Source: Thiomargarita sp.
GTDB taxonomy: Bacteria > Pseudomonadota > Gammaproteobacteria > Beggiatoales > Beggiatoaceae
Assembly (NCBI GenBank): GCA_020718845.1
Contig: DYRG01000004.1
Location: 15,154-79,153, forward strand
DNA: 64,000 nucleotides
Reading direction: 5' to 3'
Numbering within the stretch: position 1 is the first letter of the stretch; each line of letters begins with the position of its first letter. A program made the translations under genes and the position numbers. The notes beneath the pieces are model-generated. The model did not search any database. It was not told the origin of the DNA and saw nothing but the letters and a program-made list of their open reading frames with translations. Shown here one piece after another: positions 8,401 to 17,084 of this stretch.

Positions 8401-10129
8401 AATAGAAAATTTATTACCACCACGTTATCGTTTATTAGAACTTTTACAAGCTGCAACTTATCGTCAAGTGTATTTGGGACGTGATGAAACTACGCAAACT
8501 TTAGTTATAATTAAGTGTTTCATGGTTTCTCCTGAAAATGCGTATTTGCGAGAAATGTCGGCGGCGTTTAGTATGCAGCATCCAAACATTGCAAGTTGTT
8601 TAGATACGTTGTATTTGGGAGAGGGTTGTGGTTGCTTAATTTATGAATATATTGAGGGAGGAACTTTACGCACTTATCTTAAAAATAACGTATTGAAATT
8701 AAAGCTATTTTTTTATTGTTTGAGAGATATTTTGCGAGCTTTACAATATATGCACCAACATGGCACAATTCATTGTGATATAAAGCCAGAAAATATTTTA
8801 TTGCGTTATCATAAAAATAAAAAAGTTCCTCAATTTATATTAAGTGATTTAGGTGCAGCAGCATTTGAACGTGAAGCAAAAATGGGTAAAATGCTACCCG
8901 CAAGTCCAGCGTATATTGCACCCGAACGTTTATATGAAAAATATTCATTTAGTAGTGATTTGTACAGTGTTGGGGTGTTAGGATTTGAAATACTCACGGG
9001 GCAACGTCCTTTTAGTGGAACAACAGAAGAAATCTTTCATGCACATTTAAGTACGCCGCCGCCTTTAGAAATGATTACAAATCTACAATTGCGGGATTTT
9101 ATTGGACAATTATTGGAAAAAAATCCAGAGGAACGTTTAGGTGATGCCAATTTAGCTTTAAAATTGCTCTTTAATTTAGCGCAAGGAAAGATGGTTATCG
9201 AAAAGTCTATTTTTGAATTACCTAAAAATAAAGAAGTCATCACAGATTTTCATTTTAAAACATTGTATTTAAAACATCGTCAAACATTAACTTTTAAACC
9301 GCACGTTCGGCAAATATTGGCATTAGATCATTTATTAGGCGTAGGATTTGATAATCATTGGGAAATTTTTCAAGAAAATGTTTCAATTTTTACCCTATTT
9401 AATACAGTAACAATTCAAAGCATCGATCAGCATTTAATTTATAGCAATCAGGGTAAGATTTTTAGTTTAAATATAGAGAACCGTCAACGTTGTTGTTTGT
9501 GTTCAAATTGTCAAGGCGTGAAAGGATTTGATGCGAAAGGAAAGTTTCTTGTGTGGAGTGCTGGATACCGAGTTTTTTGGATGGATTTATGTACACAAAA
9601 AGAAACCTTTTATCGCAGTGAAAACTATTTACTCGAACCTAAAATATGTGTTTTAAATAATGGCGATTTTGTTACAAATGAAGGTTATATGGGACATCGC
9701 GTTGCTTTGAGAGATCATAATGCTAATTTATTGAATTTATGGGAATTAAAAGGACCAGTCATTCATTTACAAAATGATGGTCAAATCATTTTAGCATTGG
9801 CACTAGATGTGCATAATCAAACGCAGTATTCGTTATGTCGATTAGAGCAACAGAAATTGCCCATTTGTTTGCAACTACCTTCTAATTTAGTGCATATTTG
9901 TTATGTATCTGGGCGGTTTTTTTGGTTAATGCCGAATGGCGAATTATTTTGGAGCAATAAAGATTTGAAAATCCAATCGGCGGGATTTTTGCTTGAGCAT
10001 GAGGGGATTGAACAATTTCATTTCAGTGCCGATTTGCGATGGTTTGTAACCTTGCAAACAACTAAGCAACAATCCATTATTCACCTTTGGGAACATCAGG
10101 AAACAACTAACCATGACACAACTCACTAA
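8390..10129 (+). CDS. Hanks-type Ser/Thr protein kinase (non-RD, degenerate Gly loop) fused to a WD40-like/beta-propeller-like C-terminal region
   Basis: Kinase motifs present: VIIK (Lys42), HCDIKPEN (catalytic loop, Cys instead of Arg), SDLGAA (DFG-like) and YIAPER (APE). The Gly-rich loop is replaced by LQAATYRQV. The C-terminal ~300 aa has WD-like strand endings (NLLNLWEL, SIIHLWEH). The GTG start overlaps the upstream stop. Confidence 0.8.
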   Translation: MNSKIENLLPPRYRLLELLQAATYRQVYLGRDETTQTLVIIKCFMVSPENAYLREMSAAFSMQHPNIASCLDTLYLGEGCGCLIYEYIEGGTLRTYLKNNVLKLKLFFYCLRDILRALQYMHQHGTIHCDIKPENILLRYHKNKKVPQFILSDLGAAAFEREAKMGKMLPASPAYIAPERLYEKYSFSSDLYSVGVLGFEILTGQRPFSGTTEEIFHAHLSTPPPLEMITNLQLRDFIGQLLEKNPEERLGDANLALKLLFNLAQGKMVIEKSIFELPKNKEVITDFHFKTLYLKHRQTLTFKPHVRQILALDHLLGVGFDNHWEIFQENVSIFTLFNTVTIQSIDQHLIYSNQGKIFSLNIENRQRCCLCSNCQGVKGFDAKGKFLVWSAGYRVFWMDLCTQKETFYRSENYLLEPKICVLNNGDFVTNEGYMGHRVALRDHNANLLNLWELKGPVIHLQNDGQIILALALDVHNQTQYSLCRLEQQKLPICLQLPSNLVHICYVSGRFFWLMPNGELFWSNKDLKIQSAGFLLEHEGIEQFHFSADLRWFVTLQTTKQQSIIHLWEHQETTNHDTTH

Positions 10130-10721
10130 TCGTCCCGTTCATTGCCTTTTCTATTCTCACGTTTGGGCAATCCATATGCTCAAATATGCTGGGATTTCAA
10201 ATTTTGAGAAACAAGTGTTAATTGAAGTTGCGATTTCTTCTAATTTTGCACCTGTTTTTGGTGAACAAGGCAAAGCGCGTTATGGTTTGGCGGGATTATT
10301 GAGATTGGCAGGAAAATTAGAGCAATTTACGCAAACTTTTAAATATGTTCCCGCGCCTTTAATTTTAGCCCCAAAACCCGAAGTTTCTGCACCCGCTTTG
10401 TGTTCTGCGGTGAATTTATTATCGGTTTCTCCAAGCGATTTTGAAGGCGCAATTTTGCTCATTCATGTTGATGATGCACCGTTATTTGTTTCTGCATATC
10501 AAACCGTGAGCAAATTTAGCATTTTATGGGATTTGGCGGATGCTCCCACGCCTGCATTAGTAAAATTAGCAGAAACGCTTACTGCAAATTCATTTCTCAA
10601 CAAAGAAACTTGGGCGGGTTTTCATTTGTACAAACACCCCAATCGCCCGATTTCTAATGTTGAATCACGGCGTGATTTATTTCAACAAACGTTCCAATCT
10701 TTTCCTGAGTTGGCTGTTTAA
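10113..10721 (+). CDS. Hypothetical protein (last gene of the operon)
   Basis: ATG 10113 overlaps the kinase gene end by 17 nt. The coding-like ORF is followed by a terminator hairpin. I recognise no family. Confidence 0.55.
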   Translation: MTQLTNRPVHCLFYSHVWAIHMLKYAGISNFEKQVLIEVAISSNFAPVFGEQGKARYGLAGLLRLAGKLEQFTQTFKYVPAPLILAPKPEVSAPALCSAVNLLSVSPSDFEGAILLIHVDDAPLFVSAYQTVSKFSILWDLADAPTPALVKLAETLTANSFLNKETWAGFHLYKHPNRPISNVESRRDLFQQTFQSFPELAV

Positions 10722-10737
10722 TTTTTTTGAAATAAAA

Positions 10738-10768
10738 AACCTGTTAAATCATAAAGATATAACAGGCT
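10738..10768. terminator. Bidirectional rho-independent terminator between convergent genes
   Basis: CCTGTTA (10740-10746) pairs with TAACAGG (10760-10766). The hairpin is preceded by an A-run, which is a T-run for the minus-strand SulP gene, and followed by a T-rich tract. Confidence 0.6.
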
Positions 10769-10788
10769 TGGAATTTTAAGAGAAATAA

Positions 10789-12519
10789 TTAAACAGCAGG
10801 CGCAGGACGATGATGACGAGTTGCACCGCTATTGATCATGTGGATCGCTTCGTTAATATCTTGACTAAAATGGATTTTTCCCGCGACTTTGCGAATTCCC
10901 GCTTTTCTCAAACGTAAAATCAAACGCGGTTGCAATCCACTAATAATCACTAACACATTGTTTTTATTGAGATCATTAATCAACGATTCCAGCGCCATCA
11001 TCCCCGTCACGTCCATCAACGACACGTCTTGCATATCCAAAATCAACACCCGCACGTCGGCATGAACAATTTGTAAGGTTTTCATTGCCTTTTCCGCCGC
11101 GCCAAAAAATAACGGTCCGTTAATATCGTAAATCAGTACATGCTCGGGTAAAGGCGTATTATTGCGCATATGATATTGATTTTCAACGAGTTCTGCACCA
11201 GTCAATTCAGCCATTTGGCGAATAAACAGCATCGCCGCTAAAACCAAACCCGCCGTCACTGAAATCGTCATATCGAAAAGCACCGTCAACCCAAAACACA
11301 CAAACAACACCAACAAATCACTGCGCGGCGCAATTTTGAGCAATCGCATAAAACCGTGCGCGTCGCTCATATTCCACGCAACGATCAAAAGTAACGCCGC
11401 CAAAGTCGCCATCGGAACGTAACCCAATAAATTACTTAGACTTATTAAAACGATCAATAAAAATAGCGCGTGAATAATTGCAGCCAAAGGCGTGGTCGCG
11501 CCCGAACGGATATTCGTCGCAGTTCGAGCAATCGCGGCGGTTGCAGAAATTCCCCCAAAAAACGGGGCGATGATATTTCCCAAACCTTGACCGATTAATT
11601 CGGCGTTGGGATTGTGTTTTGTGCCCGTCATGCCGTCGGCGACCACCGCGCACAGCAACGATTCAATCGCGCCCAACATCGCAATCGCAAACGCGCTGCC
11701 GAGCAAAAGTCTAATCATATCAAAGGATAAGCCGATGGGTTCACCTTTTGCGTTGGGCAATTCCCAAGGGAGCATAAACTGCGGTAATTGTGAGGGAATG
11801 CCGTTGAATTTGTCGTTGATGGTAATCGCATGAAATTCTGGGAAAAAATAGCCCAATCCCCACGCCAACCCCGATCCAACCAATAACGCCACCAAAGGTG
11901 CGGGCAAAGTCGTTTTTAATCGATGCCAACCCAACATTACGCCCAAGGTTAAAAATCCTAACAACATATCGGGAAAATGGGCGGTCGGAAGTGCTTGAAT
12001 TAGAAGCCAAACTTTCTCAAGATAATGTCCGTCTAAAACGCCAACGTCTAATCCTAAAAAATCTTTAATTTGCAAAGTGGCAATCACCACCCCAATCCCC
12101 GCCGTAAAACCCATCGTGACGGGATAGGGAATGTATTCAATGAATTTGCCCATGCCAGTGATGCCCATCCCAAACATCATGATTCCCGCCATGATCGTGG
12201 CGATCATCAATCCGCCAAGCCCAAAATCGTGGGTGATCGGCAACAAAATCACCACGAACGCCGCCGTCGGACCTGAAATGTTAAAACGCGATCCGCCCGT
12301 GATCGCAATGATAAATCCCGCAATGATCGCGGTGTAAAGTCCATATTGAGGGGGCGCGCCGCTCGCAATTGCCAACGCCATCGCAAGGGGAATTGCCACA
12401 ATCCCGACCGTCAAACCCGCAAAAATATCGCCGCGAAGCTGTTTCCAGCCATACCCCAATCGCCACGCTTCCCGCACCGCCGCCGCAAACAACGGTTGCA
12501 ATTCACTTTCTTTCATCAA
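10789..12519 (-). CDS. SulP-family anion (sulfate/bicarbonate) transporter with C-terminal STAS domain
   Basis: The N-terminal block DIFAGLTVGIVAIPLAMALAIASGAPPQYGLYTAII..GGSRFNISGPTAAF is typical of SulP. A C-terminal STAS-like region is present (VLILDMQDVSLMDVTGMMALESL). Confidence 0.9.
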   Translation of the reverse strand: MMKESELQPLFAAAVREAWRLGYGWKQLRGDIFAGLTVGIVAIPLAMALAIASGAPPQYGLYTAIIAGFIIAITGGSRFNISGPTAAFVVILLPITHDFGLGGLMIATIMAGIMMFGMGITGMGKFIEYIPYPVTMGFTAGIGVVIATLQIKDFLGLDVGVLDGHYLEKVWLLIQALPTAHFPDMLLGFLTLGVMLGWHRLKTTLPAPLVALLVGSGLAWGLGYFFPEFHAITINDKFNGIPSQLPQFMLPWELPNAKGEPIGLSFDMIRLLLGSAFAIAMLGAIESLLCAVVADGMTGTKHNPNAELIGQGLGNIIAPFFGGISATAAIARTATNIRSGATTPLAAIIHALFLLIVLISLSNLLGYVPMATLAALLLIVAWNMSDAHGFMRLLKIAPRSDLLVLFVCFGLTVLFDMTISVTAGLVLAAMLFIRQMAELTGAELVENQYHMRNNTPLPEHVLIYDINGPLFFGAAEKAMKTLQIVHADVRVLILDMQDVSLMDVTGMMALESLINDLNKNNVLVIISGLQPRLILRLRKAGIRKVAGKIHFSQDINEAIHMINSGATRHHRPAPAV

Positions 12520-12561
12520 AAACCTCCCAAAGATTTCAATTATAACAAATAATCCTCTAAA

Positions 12562-13314
12562 TCACTTAATGTTTTTCTTATGTAATTTAAGAGGTTCAGT
12601 CGATTTCTGAGCGCGAATTTTCATATTAAGAATTTCTACCCCAATTGAAAACGCCATCGAGAAATAAATATAGCCTTTCGGAATATGAAATCCTAAACCT
12701 TCTCCCAATAGAGCAACGCCGACTAAAATTAAGAAACTCAAAGCAAGCATTTTAAAGGTAGGATGTTGCTCAACAAAATCACCAATTGCTTTTGCAGAAA
12801 ACATCATTATTCCTACCGAAATAATCACTGCAATAATCATTACAGAAACATCTCTCGCCATACCTACCGCAGTAATCACCGAATCTAAAGAAAAAATCAT
12901 ATCAATCAACGCAATTTGAATTAAAATAGCGGTTAAATTTGCTTGAACAACTTGATTTGTCGATATGGTTTCATGCGTCCCTTCTAAACTGTTATGAACT
13001 TCGTGCGTACTCTTTGCAATTAGAAATAAACCGCCCGCTAACATAATCAAATCCCGACCCGAGAAAGCGTGAGCAAAAATTTCAAATAAAGGTGTAGTTA
13101 ATTTCATCATCCAAGCCAATGATAATAAAAGCAAAATTCTCATTCCCATGGCTAAACCTAACCCAATAAGTCGAGCTTGATCACGTTGTTTTTCGGGAAG
13201 TCGCCCAACCAAAATTGAAATAAAGATAATATTATCAATGCCTAACACGATTTCTAAGGCAGTTAAAGTCGCTAATGCCATCCACGCTTGTGGGTCAAAC
13301 ATCCATTCAAACAT
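12562..13314 (-). CDS. TerC-family integral membrane protein
   Basis: LEIVLGIDNIIFISILVGRLPEKQR and later SLDSVITAVGM are hallmarks of the TerC family. I set the start to ATG 13314 (MFEWMF...) rather than the longer ORF, which overlaps the upstream gene. Confidence 0.85.
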   Translation of the reverse strand: MFEWMFDPQAWMALATLTALEIVLGIDNIIFISILVGRLPEKQRDQARLIGLGLAMGMRILLLLSLAWMMKLTTPLFEIFAHAFSGRDLIMLAGGLFLIAKSTHEVHNSLEGTHETISTNQVVQANLTAILIQIALIDMIFSLDSVITAVGMARDVSVMIIAVIISVGIMMFSAKAIGDFVEQHPTFKMLALSFLILVGVALLGEGLGFHIPKGYIYFSMAFSIGVEILNMKIRAQKSTEPLKLHKKNIK

Positions 13315-14239
13315 AAGTATTTCTCCAGAGTTGTAAAAGTGATAACAAAAATGGCAAACTTCCCATTGCAACAGCGGTTTGAACGGTTAAAATATTTGCC
13401 ATAAGAACTGCATCGCCGCCCATTTGTCGCGCTAAAATAAAAGATGACGCGGCAGTCGGTAAAGAAGTGAAAAGAACTGCCACAAATGTCGCGGAAGCAT
13501 CTGCACCAAATATTCCACAAAAGAACCACACGGCGGCGGGAAACAAGGCTAATTTTACACTAGTTGCGAGCAAAATGCCGATTAAACCGTCTTTAATTGC
13601 GCTTAATTGCAAACCTGCGCCAACGGCTAATAATCCTAAAGGTAACGACGATTTTTCCAATAAAATCAACGTATTTTGAAATGGAGCGGGGATTTTAAAT
13701 TCTAATAAATTTACTGTAATTCCAACAAAACAAGTGATAATTAATGGATTGCGTAATAATGAAAGAAAAATTTGTTGTGCAGAAATCTTTTCTTTCCCAG
13801 CAAATGCGGTCAAAATTAAAACAGATAAAATGTTGAGCAACGGAACAAGTGCTGCTAAAGCTAATGCTGCTAATGCAATGCCAGATTTGAATTCTAACGC
13901 ATTTAAAATCGCTAATCCAATGAAAGCATTAAAACGCAAACTTCCTTGAAATGCCGATGTAAAAGATGCGCCGCTAATCGGTAAAATAGGTTTGAGCAAT
14001 AATAAAAAGAAAGTGATTGCAAAAACGCCGCTAATTAATGCGCTTACCATTGGAAGAATGGTTAAAGAACGCAAAGGCGTTGCCGTTAAACTCGTCATTA
14101 ATAAAGCGGGGAACAACACATAATAAGCAAGTTGCTCTAAAGATGACCAAAAAGGTTCTTTTGGAAAATTATATCTTTTTAATCCATAACCGAGTGCAAT
14201 TAAAATAAAAATCGGTAATAAAATTGAAATGGTATCCAT
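13307..14239 (-). CDS. AEC-family (auxin efflux carrier-like) transporter
   Basis: A 310-aa polytopic membrane protein. The N-terminus ILLPIFILIALGYGLKR and overall pattern are typical of AEC/YfdV-like permeases. Confidence 0.8.
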   Translation of the reverse strand: MDTISILLPIFILIALGYGLKRYNFPKEPFWSSLEQLAYYVLFPALLMTSLTATPLRSLTILPMVSALISGVFAITFFLLLLKPILPISGASFTSAFQGSLRFNAFIGLAILNALEFKSGIALAALALAALVPLLNILSVLILTAFAGKEKISAQQIFLSLLRNPLIITCFVGITVNLLEFKIPAPFQNTLILLEKSSLPLGLLAVGAGLQLSAIKDGLIGILLATSVKLALFPAAVWFFCGIFGADASATFVAVLFTSLPTAASSFILARQMGGDAVLMANILTVQTAVAMGSLPFLLSLLQLWRNTYV

Positions 14240-14272
14240 ACCGTTTACAAATAAAAAATGAAAGAAAGTTGT

Positions 14273-15469
14273 TTAAATTTTGATTTGATTGACAGTGGTA
14301 ATTGCTAAAATAACCCCCGTAATAATCACCCCAATCACTGCGCCAATCACTAAAATCGCAATCGGTTCAATCAATAAAAGCAATCTTTTCATACGGTTAC
14401 GACCTGTTTCTTCGTATAATTGCGCCAAAGATTTGAGCATTCTCGCTAATTCGCCTGCCCGTTCGCCCGCCCGAATTAAATTATGACCCGTAGGGGTAAT
14501 TGCATCATTATCGTGCAAAGCCTGTGATAAGGTCACGCCATTCTTAACGTGTTGACTTACAAGGGATAATCGCGCTTTTAAACTCGGCAACTGCACACCT
14601 TCCGCCGCTAATTCCAACGCTCGCAACAAAGAAACCCGATTTTCAATTAAAGTGCCTAACATTGCCGACCATCTTCCGGTTTCTGATTCGATCAACCATT
14701 CTCCTAAAATAGGTAACTTTCCAAGCATTTCACGAAACTTGATTTGCATCGCGGGATTTTTAAATAAATAAGCTAGAAAAATCAATAATAAACCTAATCC
14801 TAAAGCGATTTCATAGAAATGTTGATTTAGGAACATTCCACTATTTAAAACCGCTTTTGCAAGAAAAGGAATTTCATCTGGATTACGGTTTTTAAGAATG
14901 CTTGCAAACTTTGGAACAACTAACACAAAAATTAAAAGAACTGCAATCACCCCAGAAACGATCAAAATGGTAGGATAAACTAAAGCATTGCGCATTTCAT
15001 TTTTAATGCGTGTTTCGTATTCTAATTGTTGAAGACCATCACGAAGAGCGGGCGCTAATTTTCCAGTTAATTCACCAGCTTGCGCGAGTTGAAAAATATA
15101 CCAAGGGAGTTCTAAGTTGCTTTCTTTTAAAGCCGAGGAAAAGGTTGAACCTTGACGTAATTTCATTGCAATTTGCGCAAAGGCTTGAACTAAATGAGGA
15201 TGATGCGACGATTCGGCAAGCGATTTCACCGCCTCGATCAGCGAAACCCCTGATTCTAAAAGCGTTATTAATTCGTGCATAATCGCCCAAGTATCACGAG
15301 GTTTTGGCGGACGACTTGTGGTAATTTTTTGATTTTCAAAGACTTTTAATTGAACAACCGTTAAATCCCGACGTTGTAATAAACGAGCGGCTTCGCGGTC
15401 GTTGGCGGCATCGATTGTCCCGCTAATTTCCTGCTGTTGGCGGTCAAGCGCTTGATATTTATAACGCAA
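14273..15469 (-). CDS. Type II secretion system F-family platform protein (GspF/PilC-like)
   Basis: A 398-aa protein. The N-terminus YKYQALDRQQQEISGTIDAANDREAARLLQRRDLTVVQL and the duplicated T2SSF-type helical regions with three TM segments fit this family. Confidence 0.85.
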   Translation of the reverse strand: MRYKYQALDRQQQEISGTIDAANDREAARLLQRRDLTVVQLKVFENQKITTSRPPKPRDTWAIMHELITLLESGVSLIEAVKSLAESSHHPHLVQAFAQIAMKLRQGSTFSSALKESNLELPWYIFQLAQAGELTGKLAPALRDGLQQLEYETRIKNEMRNALVYPTILIVSGVIAVLLIFVLVVPKFASILKNRNPDEIPFLAKAVLNSGMFLNQHFYEIALGLGLLLIFLAYLFKNPAMQIKFREMLGKLPILGEWLIESETGRWSAMLGTLIENRVSLLRALELAAEGVQLPSLKARLSLVSQHVKNGVTLSQALHDNDAITPTGHNLIRAGERAGELARMLKSLAQLYEETGRNRMKRLLLLIEPIAILVIGAVIGVIITGVILAITTVNQIKI

Positions 15470-15540
15470 ATTGTCACTCCTTTGTCATGAAACATCGCCA
15501 AAATAATGTCAATCTTAACATTAACAAGGAGAAATGGATT

Positions 15541-15930
15541 ATGAATCGTATGATGTTAGCCCAACGATTTGCCCCAATGTTAGCGCAATCAGCGTTGCAA
15601 ACCGTTGATATTTGGGAAAAAACTGACGCGATTGAACAACTTTTAAAAAAGCATTTTGCTCATTTGCCGCAGTGCAATCAATTATACGTTGCTGATCGGA
15701 ATGGAAAACAAATTAGCGCGAGCGTTTCCGCAGAGCAAACCGACCGTCGTTATCAAGGAACTTTCTTATCTTCACGCCCTTATGCAGATATGTTATATCC
15801 GAAGCGACATTTAGCATTATCGTCTATTTATCAACATCATAAAACATCGAAACTTTGCTTAACCGCATTACAACCGATTTGGGATCGCCAACGTTTTTTA
15901 GGATTTCTAGCGGCTGATTTTGACGCTTAA
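15541..15930 (+). CDS. Small hypothetical protein, Cache/PDC-like sensor fold suspected
   Basis: An AAGGAG RBS lies 9 nt upstream of ATG 15541. The pattern LYVADRNGKQISAS...SSRPY...LCLTALQPIWDRQRFLGFLAADFD resembles single-Cache ligand-binding domains. This call is tentative. Confidence 0.45.
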   Translation: MNRMMLAQRFAPMLAQSALQTVDIWEKTDAIEQLLKKHFAHLPQCNQLYVADRNGKQISASVSAEQTDRRYQGTFLSSRPYADMLYPKRHLALSSIYQHHKTSKLCLTALQPIWDRQRFLGFLAADFDA

Positions 15931-16112
15931 TTTTTTGTTTTAAATTCTTTCTCATAATTCAATAATTTCTTCTTTATAATCAAGAGGATAAATATTGAAT
16001 TTTTCTTTTATACTTGATAATTCCCCCGCACGTCTCCAAACATCTTAAAAGTGGATTTTTTCCACTCACATCGACTACACTAATCGAAATTTTCCCGCAT
16101 AGGACATTTGCC

Positions 16113-17072
16113 ATGATTAGTTTTATTATTCGTTTGAAAGATAATATTACTGCGCCTTTTCTTCAAAATAAACTACCGTTATTTCAATGGGGCGTTGTTT
16201 TATTTGTTTTGTTTATTGGCTGGCAAATGCTTTTAATTACTTTAAATAGTTTTGTCGATATTGTTCAACAAGATCAAAAGGGTTTGTATATGCGTTTAGG
16301 GCGTTATATTGAAACCGTTGAACCCGGATTGCATTTCAAAGTTCCTCTATTTGATTATATTACACGCATTTCTGTGCGCGAACGTCAAGGTTATATCGAA
16401 CACATCGATGCAATGACGCAAGATAATGTTATTATTAAAGTTTCTTTACAATACACTTATACGGTTAGCGATCCGAGAAAATATCATTTAGATGTCATAA
16501 AACCCGATCAAATTATTACCGAATTTGCACAAGGAAAATTACGCGATATAATTAATTCCATTCCAATGCACGATGTAATGAAATATCGCACCCAAATGAA
16601 TCAAAAAATTATGTTAGAATTACAAGAAAAAGAAAAGGATTATGGGGTAAGTTTTAAATTAGTGCAAATTCAAGGAACTTATCCGCCGCAAGAAGTGCAA
16701 GAAGCGATTAAACAACGCATGGTCACAGAAGAAAAAACGGCGGGTGCAAAAGAAGAAGCATTACAAAAGAAAATCCTCGCCGATGCGAATTTCTACGATG
16801 CTCAAAAGAAAGCTGAAGCAGAGAAATACCAAATTGTAGAAACTGCACAAGCAAAACATACCGCCATTAAAATGATGTTAGAAGAAATGGCGAAATACCA
16901 AAATATTGCACCTAAATATTTAGATTATTTGATGACTCAAGAACTCAAAAATAATAGCAAATGGATTTTAACTAATCCAACCCAAAATGCACAGTCACCA
17001 AATATTCGTTTTCATATTGATGAATCACCTTTAACAAATCTATCAACAAACCCTCTTTCTTCAGAAAAATAA
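16113..17072 (+). CDS. SPFH/Band-7 (HflC/prohibitin-like) membrane protein
   Basis: After an N-terminal TM segment, the block VQQDQKGLYMRLGRYIETVEPGLHFKVPLFDYITRISVRE...MTQDNVIIKVSLQYTY is a typical SPFH core. The C-terminus is a Lys/Glu-rich coiled coil. I chose ATG 16113. Confidence 0.85.
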   Translation: MISFIIRLKDNITAPFLQNKLPLFQWGVVLFVLFIGWQMLLITLNSFVDIVQQDQKGLYMRLGRYIETVEPGLHFKVPLFDYITRISVRERQGYIEHIDAMTQDNVIIKVSLQYTYTVSDPRKYHLDVIKPDQIITEFAQGKLRDIINSIPMHDVMKYRTQMNQKIMLELQEKEKDYGVSFKLVQIQGTYPPQEVQEAIKQRMVTEEKTAGAKEEALQKKILADANFYDAQKKAEAEKYQIVETAQAKHTAIKMMLEEMAKYQNIAPKYLDYLMTQELKNNSKWILTNPTQNAQSPNIRFHIDESPLTNLSTNPLSSEK

Positions 17073-17084
17073 AGGAGCTTTCTT

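Noticed and set aside
11432-12552. Cluster of 60-90-aa ORFs on both strands within the SulP gene. Similar clusters occur within the ubiH-family gene (49728-50152), fabB (54878-55371) and the 61311-62351 gene.
   Set aside because: They are alternative or antisense frames of strongly supported genes in locally GC-richer DNA. Their Arg/His/Pro-rich compositions are typical of spurious ORFs.
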